A DNA stretch of 64,000 nt from Alphaproteobacteria bacterium (GCA_024402715.1 JAKSTF010000001.1:78924-142923); one strand, 5' to 3'; positions 48,650 to 59,203 are shown, counted from the first letter of the stretch. Numbers and translations: made by a program. Notes: a model not told the origin generated them from the letters alone.

Positions 48650-49339
48650 TTAAAATAGAGAAAAGTCGTTTTTGAAAGCTTCGCGTTTAATGATATCTAT
48701 TTCTTGATTAGATAAACCTGAATTATGTAAAAATTGAATTTGAAAATTAGACAGATTATTTATTGATGCACTATGATCCGCCGATTTTGGTATTGATGAT
48801 ATATGTTGAGTTGGATTAAATTCTATTTTTGCATTTTTTGTCGTTATTGCCGAAAAACCGATATCATTTATTACATTTTCTATATTTGACGATATTATTG
48901 AATTACCAGTTAATTTTGAAATACTGTTGGTATTTGCAATTAATTTTGCTTTTAGTAAAATGGTTGTATTTGAACAATCATGAATACCTGTGCAATCAAA
49001 TGTTAAATTTTTCGAATTTTCTAACATAACATGCCCGCGAAATTCTGAATTTTCACCATGATTATTAATTTTTAGATATATTTTTGCATCTGTATCATTT
49101 TTTATATTCATACTTAAATATATTGGTTGATGTTGGGCTGTGATATTTATATCTAATATATTTTCACCAGATATTTCACCAATGTATATTATATGTACGG
49201 GTTTATCGTAATTACAATCAATATTGGTATTTTTTAGTGTAGATGATTCTGGTAAATATTTGCCATTACGGAAAACAATTGTTTCCGCGGGAAATGTTTT
49301 TATGTTGAATTCGTTCCACATGTGTGACATATTAACCAC
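48650..49339 (-). CDS. Short SufD/SufB-like (UPF0051) beta-helix protein, orphan
   Basis: The C-terminal block AKIEFNPTQHISSIPKSADHSASINNLSNFQIQFLHNSGLSNQEIDIIKREAF parallels the SufD pattern P.LeI..ddV.asHgAt.g.ld.e.lFYL.sRGl...eA..ll..aF. Only 229 aa, with no sufB/C/S nearby. Confidence 0.5.
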   Translation of the reverse strand: MVNMSHMWNEFNIKTFPAETIVFRNGKYLPESSTLKNTNIDCNYDKPVHIIYIGEISGENILDINITAQHQPIYLSMNIKNDTDAKIYLKINNHGENSEFRGHVMLENSKNLTFDCTGIHDCSNTTILLKAKLIANTNSISKLTGNSIISSNIENVINDIGFSAITTKNAKIEFNPTQHISSIPKSADHSASINNLSNFQIQFLHNSGLSNQEIDIIKREAFKNDFSLF

Positions 49340-49357
49340 ATTATAAAGGATTTATAA

Positions 49358-50437
49358 ATGGGATTCAATTGCGGAATTGTTGGTTTACCAAATGTTGGGA
49401 AATCTACGTTGTTTAATGCGTTAACACAAAGTGCGGCGGCTGATGCACAAAATTATCCGTTTTGTACGATTGAACCGAATACAGGACGTGTAGTTGTCCC
49501 TGATGAAACGTTGTTAAATTTGGCTGCTGTTGATAATTCTGCAAAAATTATACCAACCCAATTAGAAATTGTTGATATTGCCGGTTTGGTTAAGGGGGCA
49601 TCATCTGGTGAGGGGTTAGGAAATAAATTCTTGGGAAATATTTTATCAACTGATGCAATTATTCACGTTGTGCGTTGTTTTGAAAATGATGATATAGTTC
49701 ACGTTAATGGAAAAATAGATCCTATATCAGATATTGATACAATTGAAACAGAATTAGCTTTGGCTGATTTGGAAAGTTTAGAAAAACAAATTAAAAATTT
49801 GGAAAAAAAAGCTCACGGATTAGATAAGGTTGCTATAAAATTATTGGCTGATGCTAATAAGATAAAAAGTGATTTAGAAAATGGAATACCGGCACGTAAA
49901 TCTGGTGTTGATGCATCGCCCTTTAATTTGTTGACGGCCAAACCTGTCATTTATGTGTGTAACGTTGAAGAAAAATCTGCCGCAACCGGAAATATTTATT
50001 CGGATATGGTTAAACAAAAATTCGGTAATACTAATGCGGTATTGGTTATTTCTTCAAAAATAGAAATGGAAATTGCGCAAATTGTTGATACAGATGAACG
50101 TAAAATGTTTTTAAATGAATTAGGCTTGAATCAATCAGGTTTGGATCAGGTTATAAAAACTGGATATGAAACATTAGGATTACAAACATTTTATACAGTT
50201 GGTCCAAAAGAAGCACATGCGTGGACTATAACCCGTGGTATGACTGCACCACAGGCTGCTGGTAAGATTCATACTGATTTTGAAAAAGGCTTTATTCGTG
50301 CAGAAATAATTTCACCATCAGATTATATAGAATTTGGTGGAGAGGTGCCGGTAAAAGAAGCCGGTAAAATGCGTTTAGTTGGTAAAGAATACGTTATGCA
50401 GGATGGTGATATTTGCCATTTCTTGTTTAATAAATAA
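49358..50437 (+). CDS. ychF: Ribosome-binding ATPase YchF
   Basis: CGIVGLPNVGKSTLFNALT, FCTIEPN, DIAGLVKGAS, and C-terminal TGS-like ..EGKEYVMQDGDICHFLFN. Confidence 0.95.
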   Translation: MGFNCGIVGLPNVGKSTLFNALTQSAAADAQNYPFCTIEPNTGRVVVPDETLLNLAAVDNSAKIIPTQLEIVDIAGLVKGASSGEGLGNKFLGNILSTDAIIHVVRCFENDDIVHVNGKIDPISDIDTIETELALADLESLEKQIKNLEKKAHGLDKVAIKLLADANKIKSDLENGIPARKSGVDASPFNLLTAKPVIYVCNVEEKSAATGNIYSDMVKQKFGNTNAVLVISSKIEMEIAQIVDTDERKMFLNELGLNQSGLDQVIKTGYETLGLQTFYTVGPKEAHAWTITRGMTAPQAAGKIHTDFEKGFIRAEIISPSDYIEFGGEVPVKEAGKMRLVGKEYVMQDGDICHFLFNK

Positions 50438-50459
50438 AAAAATTAAAATACCGGCTTTT

Positions 50460-50738
50460 TTATATGTTTTTATTAAAATTGCCGGTTTTTTTTGCAGTTA
50501 TAATTGTAAAACTGTGTCTGTTTATCGTTAGTGTGACGTCGTTATTTGAAACATAATAATTTTTGCCGGCAATTGTTATGTTTGATTTTGGATTTTTTAT
50601 AATTTGTTTACAAAAATTTAAAATAAATTCCCGGTTTTTTTGTATATTTTTATCAAAAATACCGACGTTTTTAATGATTCTTTGGTATCCCATTTCAGTT
50701 GTATGGATTAAATTAATGTTTTTAATTAAATTGTTCAT
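50460..50738 (-). CDS. Small protein, possibly DUF3781 family
   Basis: 92 aa; LIHTTEMGYQRIIKN.. and ..AGKNYYV..TLTINRHSFTIITAKK resemble my recollection of DUF3781. Starts 1 nt after the dnaG stop. Confidence 0.45.
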   Translation of the reverse strand: MNNLIKNINLIHTTEMGYQRIIKNVGIFDKNIQKNREFILNFCKQIIKNPKSNITIAGKNYYVSNNDVTLTINRHSFTIITAKKTGNFNKNI

Positions 50739-50739
50739 T

Positions 50740-52374
50740 TTAGATTGATGATAAATCTTCTAATTTTTTTATGGATTTATTTATTTCATTATCAATTTGT
50801 GTTATTTTTTCTATTACAGATGAATCACCGGATAAACCAGCGATAACCATTTCTTTTTTCTGATTGTTTAATTTTTCTAAATATTTTTTTATTTTTAATG
50901 AAACTATGAATTTTTCGGCAGACGATTGGTCAAAACTCAAATCAGATACAGATTCATTGTCATAATTTATATTCAATGTTGATAAAAAATCGCAATATCT
51001 TTCAGCAACTTCTGGAAATTTATTTACTATATAGATTAATGTATTTTGCGCCAATGAATCAATTTCCGGTAATTTTATTTCTGGGGTGTTTTCTGTATTT
51101 TTTTTCCATTTATGCCAATTATTAAATTTTTTAGCATTATATTCGTGATTATATTCACGACGTAGATTATTATCTGTAATTTTGTTTATCAAATCATTTA
51201 AAAATTTTTCCGCTTGTGTTCTACCGCCTGGTGTTGATGTATTATAATTTTTATTTGTTATTTCCCATAAAAAGTCTACCAAGCTGGTTGCATTATCGAT
51301 AATTTTGCGCATTGAATCAGGTCCAGATTTCTTTAAAACTTCGTCTGGATCTTTACCACCGGTCACAAATGCAAATTTAATTTCAGAATTATCGCGTACA
51401 AACGGCATTACAATATTAGCAGCACGGGCGGCGGCTTTTTGGCCGGCACCATCACCGTCAAAACAAAATGTTATATTTCGATTTGATTTACATAATATTG
51501 CAATGTGTTCTTCTGTTAATGCTGTTCCCAATGGGGCAACAGTTTCACCAAAACCGTTACATTGCATTTGTATTGCATCTATTTGACCTTCGACAATAAT
51601 ACTGCGATTTGCACGGTGTATTGCATCACGTGCAAAATTTAATCCAAATATTGTTTGCCGTTTATGAAATATTTCTGTATCGGATGTATTTATATATTTT
51701 GGTTCACTTCCATCTAATGAACGGCCTGAAAATGCAACTATTTGACCATTCGCAGAAAATATAGGGAACATCAATTTGTCACGAAAAAAATCGTACATAC
51801 CATAATCACCACGGCGGCAAAGGCCGGTTGCAATTAATGTATCTTGTTTTGAATTAATAAATTTTGTTGAAATAATATTATTTTTTGGCGCATATCCAAT
51901 ATGGTATTTTTTTATCATTTCATCGTTAAAACCACGACTACGTATGTATTCCAATGCATGTGTGCCATCTGATGAATATAAATATTGGCTGTATATATCC
52001 GCAGCATTTTTCATAATTTGAAAATATGATTCTTCACGGGCAATCTGAGCGGCCGGTTTTGGCTTATATTCTGGCATTTTTAAGCCGGCCATATCTGCCA
52101 ATTCTGTTATTGCGGCACGGAAATCTAAATTTTCAGATTTCATTGTAAAAGAAATAATATCTCCGTGTTCACCACAACCAAAACAGTGATAGAACCCTTT
52201 TTCTTCGTTTACAGAAAAACTTGGGGTTTTTTCATTATGAAATGGGCAACATCCCCAATAATTTTGTCCTTTTTTTGTTAATGGTATACGACGGTTAACA
52301 ACATCAACAATAGATAAGCGTGCGCGCAAATCATCTGTAAAATTTGATGAATATCCATATTTTGATGGTGCCAT
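50740..52374 (-). CDS. dnaG: DNA primase
   Basis: Zinc ribbon CCPFHNEKTPSFSVNEEKGFYHCFGCGEHGD; TOPRIM IIVEGQIDAIQ .. FCFDGDGAGQKAA. Confidence 0.93.
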   Translation of the reverse strand: MAPSKYGYSSNFTDDLRARLSIVDVVNRRIPLTKKGQNYWGCCPFHNEKTPSFSVNEEKGFYHCFGCGEHGDIISFTMKSENLDFRAAITELADMAGLKMPEYKPKPAAQIAREESYFQIMKNAADIYSQYLYSSDGTHALEYIRSRGFNDEMIKKYHIGYAPKNNIISTKFINSKQDTLIATGLCRRGDYGMYDFFRDKLMFPIFSANGQIVAFSGRSLDGSEPKYINTSDTEIFHKRQTIFGLNFARDAIHRANRSIIVEGQIDAIQMQCNGFGETVAPLGTALTEEHIAILCKSNRNITFCFDGDGAGQKAAARAANIVMPFVRDNSEIKFAFVTGGKDPDEVLKKSGPDSMRKIIDNATSLVDFLWEITNKNYNTSTPGGRTQAEKFLNDLINKITDNNLRREYNHEYNAKKFNNWHKWKKNTENTPEIKLPEIDSLAQNTLIYIVNKFPEVAERYCDFLSTLNINYDNESVSDLSFDQSSAEKFIVSLKIKKYLEKLNNQKKEMVIAGLSGDSSVIEKITQIDNEINKSIKKLEDLSSI

Positions 52375-54653
52375 TATTTTTCTGTTTTACGTTTAAATTT
52401 TGTCGAACGGTTTGATGGCTTTTTATTATTTATTAAATCTATCGCCATTTCTAGGTTCGGTTGTTCTTTAACACTGACATTGACTTTGTTTGATGAAATG
52501 TATGCACCATATCTACCCGTTGGATAAAAATAAATCATTTGTTTTGTCACAGGGTTTATACCTATTTCAATAGGATCTGCTTTTTTCGATGTACCAGACA
52601 ATAATTCATTGGCAATATCTATAGTTATTGTTTCGGCTGTATATTGTTTAGCTGGAACGTTTTTTTCACCGTTTGTTACATAAGGGCCAAAACGTCCAAT
52701 ACGAAATGATATACCATTACCCAAATCAACAGATGTTTGTGACGGCTTTGTTGGTGTACCGGATTCATCTGTAATATTTTCATTTTTTACAGTATCAGAT
52801 AAATGGCGTGTGTAATCACAATTTGGATAATTTTCACATCCAACAAATGCACCAAATTTTGATAATTTTATTCCAAGTTTTCCACCACATTTTGGGCATT
52901 TATTGTTTCCATCTGGGAATAAATGTAAATTCATAACATCATTAATTGTATCGATAATTTCTGTTGTTTTTACATCACGTGCCCCAGAAATCATGGTATT
53001 TGTGGGAATCCAAAAATTTTCTAGTGCGGCAAGTCGTTCCTGTTTACCATTTGAAACATCATCTAATGTGTCTTCTGTTTTGGCTGTAAAATTCACATCT
53101 ACCAAATCTGCAAAATATTTTGATAGATATGCAGAAATTACCCAGCCACCTGGCGTTGGATGAAATCTGCGTTGTTTATCTTGTTCAACATATTTCCTGT
53201 CGACAATCGTTGACATAATTGTCGCATATGTTGATGGGCGCCCTATTCCTAATTCTTCTAACTTTTTTACCAATGATGCTTCGGTAAAACGTGCTGGTGG
53301 TTGTGTAAAATGTTGTTCTGGTATAAGTTTTTTTATTTGTATATCGTTACCAACGGATAATGGCGGTAATATAGATGTGTCAGAATCTGTAGAATCGTCT
53401 TTATCTTCAATATATACACGCATAAAGCCGTCAAATGTTCGTGTTGTCCCAACTGCATGAAAAATCCCAGATTTATTTTCTGTTTCAATATCAACTGATA
53501 CGCTGTCAAATTCTGCATTTGACATTTGGCATGCTATGGTTCGTTTCCAGATAAGATTATATAATTTTTCTTCATCACCAGATAAATTATTAACAGATCC
53601 ATCAAAATGTGTCGGACGAATGGCTTCATGCGCTTCCTGAGCATTTTTTGATTTTGTTATATATATATTTGGTGTTTTTGGGATAAATTTATCACCGTAT
53701 TCATCCGAGATATAATTACGAATATCATTTACAGCATCAGCTGATAAATTCGTTGCATCGGTTCGCATATATGTAATTAACCCCTGTTCATACAATTTTT
53801 GTGCTGCAGACATAGTTCTTTTTGATGAAAAAAATAATTTACGTGCAGCTTCTTGCTGTAAAGTACTGGTTGTAAATGGTGCAGCGGCGTGTCTGGATGT
53901 CTTTTTCTTATCTACGGATAATACCTTTCCAATAATTGTCGGATTTCCAATTGTTGATAAAATGTTATTCATTTGATTATTTGTTGATATAGACATCTTA
54001 TCTATTTTGTCGCCATTGAACTTAGACAATATTGCAGAAAAAGTTGTGTCATTTGCGACACATTCGGCATCTAATGACCAATATTCAACTGGTTTAAATG
54101 ATTCAATTTCACGTTCACGATCAACAACCAGTTTTACCGCCACAGATTGTACACGACCGGCAGATTTACCCAAATTGCGGCGCCATAATAATGGCGATAT
54201 ACCAAAACCAATTAAATAATCTAATGCACGTCTAACCATATATGCATCAACCAGATTTAGATCTATTTCACGTGGATGTTCAATCGCATTTTGGACCGCC
54301 TTTTTTGTTATTTCGTGAAATGCAACCCGGTAAACATTTTTATTGGTTAAAACTTTTTTTGATTTCAATATATCCAATATGTGCCAAGCTATGGCTTCTC
54401 CTTCTCTATCAGGGTCTGATGCCAAATAAATATTATCTGCTTTTTTTAATTCATCTATAATTAATTTAATTTGTTTTTCTTTACTGGGCATTATCTGCCA
54501 CCGCATGGCAAAGTTATTTTCTGTATCAACACTGCCATTTTCTGGAACTAAATCACGAACATGACCAACAGATGCGATAACCCGCCATCCATTTCCTAAG
54601 TATTTTTCAATTGTTTTTGCTTTGGACGGTGATTCAACAATCAATAGATTCAT
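52374..54653 (-). CDS. topA: DNA topoisomerase I
   Basis: TOPRIM MNLLIVESPSKAKTIEKYLG .. ASDPDREGEAIAWH; active-site region GLITYMRTD; C-terminal zinc ribbon CPKCGGKL..CENYPNC. Confidence 0.95.
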   Translation of the reverse strand: MNLLIVESPSKAKTIEKYLGNGWRVIASVGHVRDLVPENGSVDTENNFAMRWQIMPSKEKQIKLIIDELKKADNIYLASDPDREGEAIAWHILDILKSKKVLTNKNVYRVAFHEITKKAVQNAIEHPREIDLNLVDAYMVRRALDYLIGFGISPLLWRRNLGKSAGRVQSVAVKLVVDREREIESFKPVEYWSLDAECVANDTTFSAILSKFNGDKIDKMSISTNNQMNNILSTIGNPTIIGKVLSVDKKKTSRHAAAPFTTSTLQQEAARKLFFSSKRTMSAAQKLYEQGLITYMRTDATNLSADAVNDIRNYISDEYGDKFIPKTPNIYITKSKNAQEAHEAIRPTHFDGSVNNLSGDEEKLYNLIWKRTIACQMSNAEFDSVSVDIETENKSGIFHAVGTTRTFDGFMRVYIEDKDDSTDSDTSILPPLSVGNDIQIKKLIPEQHFTQPPARFTEASLVKKLEELGIGRPSTYATIMSTIVDRKYVEQDKQRRFHPTPGGWVISAYLSKYFADLVDVNFTAKTEDTLDDVSNGKQERLAALENFWIPTNTMISGARDVKTTEIIDTINDVMNLHLFPDGNNKCPKCGGKLGIKLSKFGAFVGCENYPNCDYTRHLSDTVKNENITDESGTPTKPSQTSVDLGNGISFRIGRFGPYVTNGEKNVPAKQYTAETITIDIANELLSGTSKKADPIEIGINPVTKQMIYFYPTGRYGAYISSNKVNVSVKEQPNLEMAIDLINNKKPSNRSTKFKRKTEK

Positions 54654-54656
54654 AAT

Positions 54657-55802
54657 TTAGCTTCCTTTTGCGGATAATTGTTGGTCTTTGTGAATATGTG
54701 CATTTTGGCATAATCCGAATCCAAACATCAGGGATAAAAGACTGCTGCCACCAAATGACATTAATGGCAACGGTACCCCAACTGTTGGCATCAGCCCCAA
54801 AACCATGGATATATTTATAAAATAATAAATGAAAAAGTTCAACATAAAACCAATACATACCAATTGTCCAAATCGGTTTCTGCATGTTTTTGCACACCAA
54901 AATAAAACCAGAATAATAATTGTATACAATGTTAACAATGAAAAAGCACCTATAAATCCAAATTCTTCACCTAACATTGTAAATATGAAGTCAGTATGTT
55001 TTTCTGGTAAAAATGATTGTTGGGCCTGTGAACCATTAATATACCCCTTCCCTGTAATACCACCACTGCCAAATGCAATTTTTGCTTGATTTATTTGATA
55101 ACCGGCACCACGGGCATCTTTTTCTGGGTTAATAAATGTTATAATACGTGAACGTTGATAATCGTGCAATCCGCCAAACCATACAACAGGCATTGCTAAT
55201 ACGCCCAATATTGATGCAATAATAAACCATTTTTTTGGTAAACCGGCAATATAAAACATTCCAACCGTAATCATTCCAAGGGACATTGCAGTACCCAAAT
55301 CGGGTTGTATAACAATTAATCCAAATGGTATCAATAACAATACAGATGGGATTAAATAATTTTTTATTTGTGATAATTCAACAGAATTCATCCATGCAAA
55401 ATATCTTGCTAAGACCAATACTAAGGCAATTTTTATAAATTCTGATGGTTGAACGTGTATAATACCAAGATTTAACCAACGTTGAGCCCCCATACCTGTG
55501 TGTCCAACAAAGGTTACTAAAATAATCATTAATAATGCGATTGCATAAATAATATATGCAGATTTTATCCATGTTTTTATATTACTAAATGCTGCGACAC
55601 AAAATACGATAAATCCCAGTATAATTTTGCTAAGTTGAGATAATGCAAATGGACGCCATCCGCCACCGCCGGCAGAAAAAAGGACAATTATTGATAGTGA
55701 TAATACCAAAAACATCGGAATAAATGTCCCCCATGAAAAACGATCCATTTTTTCAGAGAATGTCATTTTATCTGCATTTGATACACGGGTTTGACGTGAC
55801 AT
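54657..55802 (-). CDS. mrdB: Peptidoglycan glycosyltransferase RodA (SEDS family)
   Basis: 10-TM FtsW/RodA/SpoVE layout with ..QPSEFIKIALVLVLA.. and ..PEKHTDFIFTMLGEEFGFIG..GVPLPLMSFGGSS. Adjacent to mrdA. Confidence 0.9.
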   Translation of the reverse strand: MSRQTRVSNADKMTFSEKMDRFSWGTFIPMFLVLSLSIIVLFSAGGGGWRPFALSQLSKIILGFIVFCVAAFSNIKTWIKSAYIIYAIALLMIILVTFVGHTGMGAQRWLNLGIIHVQPSEFIKIALVLVLARYFAWMNSVELSQIKNYLIPSVLLLIPFGLIVIQPDLGTAMSLGMITVGMFYIAGLPKKWFIIASILGVLAMPVVWFGGLHDYQRSRIITFINPEKDARGAGYQINQAKIAFGSGGITGKGYINGSQAQQSFLPEKHTDFIFTMLGEEFGFIGAFSLLTLYTIIILVLFWCAKTCRNRFGQLVCIGFMLNFFIYYFINISMVLGLMPTVGVPLPLMSFGGSSLLSLMFGFGLCQNAHIHKDQQLSAKGS

Positions 55803-55803
55803 T

Positions 55804-57591
55804 TTATTTGCGTCCTTTTAACAGTTCTGTCATTGTTGCGGCTGCAGCATGTGCGGCAGGACTACTGCCACCGGAATGTTCTGTTATTACGCATACCGCA
55901 TATCTTGGTTTATTTGTTGGGGCATATCCAACGAATAAACCATGATTTCGCATATTCCATTTTAGTTGTTCGTTGGTTAGAACACCTGATGCTCGTTCTG
56001 CCTTGGAAATACTGCGAACTTGCGATGTTCCGGTTTTTCCACCCATTTTCATACCATCAACATTTATGGCACTGCCAGCAGCTGTTCCACCAGGACGGGT
56101 AACTTGTTCTAACCCCATTAAAACATAATTTATATTCTTTTTTTGCAGGCCCAATGGTGCAAACGATTGTCTTTCGGAGTGGATTAAACGTGGAATAACA
56201 ACTTTATTTGATGCTGTTCGCGCCATCATAACCGATAATTGAAGACAATTTGCTAAAATGAATCCTTGTCCGATACCAGAAATAATTGTATCACCATGAA
56301 CCCAGCGACTACCAATTTTACGTTCTTTCCAATATCTGTCTGGAATTATTCCTGGCATTTCACGTGAAATTATTTCTTCCATATATTTTTCTGTAAATCC
56401 TAGTTTTACAGCCATTGCTTTGATTGAATCAATACCAATTCTTAAGGCAACCTGATAAAAATAGGTGTCACATGAATGCTTTAATGCAGCTGCTAAATCA
56501 ACCCAACCATGTCCATATGATTCCCAGCAATGATATCTATGATCGCCATAATCCCAATGGCCTGGACAGAATATTTTTTCATTTGGTGATATTGCTCCAG
56601 ATTCTAATGCGGCCAGTGCAACAACAATTTTAAATGTTGATCCAGGGGGATATAACCCTTCCAGGGTTTTATTCATAAATGGATTTGCTGGATCACGACG
56701 CAATTGTGATATGTATTCACCACCGTCATCCGCACCAAATATATTAGGATCAAAACTGGGAATAGATACCATTGCCAATATATCACCTGTTTCTATATCT
56801 AATGCAACACCGCATCCTGCTTTATGTGGAACTAATGCATCATACAATGCACGTTGAACATTGTCTTTTATAGTTGTTTGTAAATTTTGTCCAGGAATCG
56901 TCGCAATATATTGAGATTTATCTTCCCCTGTAACACGTCCAACTGCATTTGTAATCATTACGGTTTGACCTAGTGTCCCCGTTAATTTGTCGTTGAATTT
57001 CTTTTCTAAACCGGTTATTCCTGTTGTGAAAAACGGTGCATTTGGTACAGATTTTTCAGGCGAACCTATATATCCAAATATTTGTGCACCAGCTGGTCCC
57101 AGTTCATATAATCGAACAAAACCGCTGTCTATACGTAAACCTGGTAAATTTTTTGCACGTAATTTTGCTAATTTTGACCATTCCGAATTTTCACTGACTA
57201 ATACAGGTTGAAAACGTGGTTGTTTTTTTATACGTTCGCGTATTTTTTTTACTTTTTTTGCACTAAGATTTAATTCTGATGTAATTTCATCAATTAATTT
57301 GTTTAAATCTTTCGATTCTTCTGGAATTATATATGTTCTGTAAATTTTTGCATCGCGTGAAATTGGTTTCCCAGATGCTGCCAATATTTTGCCACGTTCT
57401 GGCATATTTATCTGAATACGAAATAAATTATTTTCACTTTTTTTTGTGTATTCTTGGTAATTAAATAATTGCATTTGTAACATTCGCAATATTAATGCTG
57501 ATGTTAGTATAGTTCCGCCTGTTAAAAACAATGCAGCACGTCGATCAAATACACGGGCAACTTCTTTATCTATCATCGCAAATCCTTGCAA
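55804..57591 (-). CDS. mrdA: Penicillin-binding protein 2 (elongasome transpeptidase)
   Basis: SxxK PGSTFKIV, SxN-like region, and KTG(T/S) GGKTGTSQV. Located between mreD and rodA. The start may be M6. Confidence 0.92.
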   Translation of the reverse strand: MQGFAMIDKEVARVFDRRAALFLTGGTILTSALILRMLQMQLFNYQEYTKKSENNLFRIQINMPERGKILAASGKPISRDAKIYRTYIIPEESKDLNKLIDEITSELNLSAKKVKKIRERIKKQPRFQPVLVSENSEWSKLAKLRAKNLPGLRIDSGFVRLYELGPAGAQIFGYIGSPEKSVPNAPFFTTGITGLEKKFNDKLTGTLGQTVMITNAVGRVTGEDKSQYIATIPGQNLQTTIKDNVQRALYDALVPHKAGCGVALDIETGDILAMVSIPSFDPNIFGADDGGEYISQLRRDPANPFMNKTLEGLYPPGSTFKIVVALAALESGAISPNEKIFCPGHWDYGDHRYHCWESYGHGWVDLAAALKHSCDTYFYQVALRIGIDSIKAMAVKLGFTEKYMEEIISREMPGIIPDRYWKERKIGSRWVHGDTIISGIGQGFILANCLQLSVMMARTASNKVVIPRLIHSERQSFAPLGLQKKNINYVLMGLEQVTRPGGTAAGSAINVDGMKMGGKTGTSQVRSISKAERASGVLTNEQLKWNMRNHGLFVGYAPTNKPRYAVCVITEHSGGSSPAAHAAAATMTELLKGRK

Positions 57592-58024
57592 TCAGACCTG
57601 TAATTGGTATATATAATATCGATGCCAAACAAAATATCCATAATGCACGAATTACATTTGATAAACTGATGTGGACACACGATAAAATCAGCACCCCTAC
57701 CCCAAAAAATATCATAAAAGCGACAATTGCACGATTTCCGGCACGTGGTAAATCTATAAATCCTTGAAAACCATTTATGGAATATACCAAACAATATAAT
57801 ACTGTCCAATATACCAATGTGTTAAATTTATAATCAATTAAAAAGCAAAACAAAATAGAAATCACTGAAAACCAAGGAACAGGTTTAACAAATGAACAAT
57901 AAAAAATAGGTATTATTGCCAATATTCCCGCAGGATTCCAAAATGGAACAGACAACCGCCATAAAACAAGCGTTGTTAAAAATGGAAATATAGTGCAAAA
58001 AAATCGTTTAACACTGTTTTTCAT
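57566..58024 (-). CDS. mreD: Rod shape-determining protein MreD
   Basis: 152-aa polytopic membrane protein directly between mreC and mrdA, overlapping both. Confidence 0.7.
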   Translation of the reverse strand: MKNSVKRFFCTIFPFLTTLVLWRLSVPFWNPAGILAIIPIFYCSFVKPVPWFSVISILFCFLIDYKFNTLVYWTVLYCLVYSINGFQGFIDLPRAGNRAIVAFMIFFGVGVLILSCVHISLSNVIRALWIFCLASILYIPITGLIARICDDR

Positions 58025-58842
58025 TTGTATTCGTTTTGACTATTGAACTTTAAAATCATTACACGTGATAAACGACTAACATGAACAATATCAACATCTG
58101 TATTGTTAATAATCGTTCCAACGGGAATACCTGCTGGTAAAATACCACTTATGTTGCTTGTTACTAATTTTGTACCAGGTGTTGGTTGATAATCAGGATC
58201 ACTAAAAAAACCAATTGTTGGCTGTTGTCCACCATTACCCGACATAAAACCATAAATTTCGGAACCAACCACTCGAACAGCTATGTTTGATTCAGAATCA
58301 TTAATTGCACGTACTCTAGAAAATGTTTTTCCAGAATCAATTATTATGCCGACCAAGGTTCCATCTAATGATACTGCGATCATGCCTTTTGATAAACCTT
58401 GATTAGATCCTTTATTTATGAAGAAATTGCTGTGATGAAATGCGGTATTATCATGTACAATATCAGCAAGAACTACATCATAAGGTTCGTTTTGTACGAT
58501 ATCAAGTTCACGTGCCATCTTTTGGTTTTCACGTATTGCAATATCGCATGATACCTGGTTCCGTAATGCTGCCTGCAATTGTTTATGTAATTCTTCGTTT
58601 TCGGCACGTAATTCGGACAGTTCGTGTAATTTTTGTACACGTCCGCCAAATGCCCGAACAGGCCAAGTTACAATATCTCCAATTGTTTCTGCAGCGGGCA
58701 GAACAATGTGTGCCAGCGCATTCATTATTGTATAATCTGGTTTAGCAATCATTATATAAATAAACAATATAGGCATAACCGCCGCCATTGCGGCAGATTT
58801 TATAAGTGATTGCACACGGGAAGATATTTTATTATAAATCAT
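58021..58842 (-). CDS. mreC: Rod shape-determining protein MreC
   Basis: N-terminal TM, coiled coil (LHELSELRAENEELHKQLQAAL), and beta-barrel domains with ..GMIAVSLDGTLVGII.. and ..VTSNISGILPAGIPVGTI. Confidence 0.88.
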   Translation of the reverse strand: MIYNKISSRVQSLIKSAAMAAVMPILFIYIMIAKPDYTIMNALAHIVLPAAETIGDIVTWPVRAFGGRVQKLHELSELRAENEELHKQLQAALRNQVSCDIAIRENQKMARELDIVQNEPYDVVLADIVHDNTAFHHSNFFINKGSNQGLSKGMIAVSLDGTLVGIIIDSGKTFSRVRAINDSESNIAVRVVGSEIYGFMSGNGGQQPTIGFFSDPDYQPTPGTKLVTSNISGILPAGIPVGTIINNTDVDIVHVSRLSRVMILKFNSQNEYK

Positions 58843-58986
58843 TTCATGTATAGTTTAATCTATAAAAAGAAAACATTCAATAAAAACTTGATTTTTTGTT
58901 TTATTATGCCAGAATAACAGCGTTACTTTCAGTAAACATCCAAAGTGGCACGGCATTGCCATCAGGGTAAACAAAAAGAGGTGAAA

Positions 58987-59190
58987 ATGCCAAAATTAAA
59001 AACAAAGTCGTACTTGAAAAAGCGCGCATCTATGACTGCAACCGGTAAAATTCGCGTTGCCAGAAATGCCCACAAAAAATTGTTACGTCACAAATCTGCA
59101 CGTGCAAATAATGCGGGTTCAAAACCACAATATTTGAATGATAATATGGTTGGACAGGCTAAAATCTTGGCCCCATATGGTTTGAAATAA
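58987..59190 (+). CDS. rpmI: 50S ribosomal protein L35
   Basis: Trimmed to ATG 58987 behind AAAGAGGTGA: MPKLKTKSYLKKRASMTATGKIRVARNAHKKLL. Confidence 0.93.
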   Translation: MPKLKTKSYLKKRASMTATGKIRVARNAHKKLLRHKSARANNAGSKPQYLNDNMVGQAKILAPYGLK

Positions 59191-59203
59191 AAGGGGTTAA
59201 ATT

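Noticed and set aside
50441-50495. Two near-identical ATTAAAAT(A/T)(C/G)CCGG(C/T)TTTTTT units after ychF, considered as a repeat element
   Set aside because: The first unit is likely part of a loose ychF terminator, and the second lies inside the 3' end of the 50460..50738 ORF. I did not see other copies in the window.
58843-58986. Possible L20-binding leader upstream of rpmI (small hairpin TGGCACGGCATTGCCA)
   Set aside because: infC is absent and the hairpin is short. I cannot recognise the known L20-leader pseudoknot by eye, so no feature is called.
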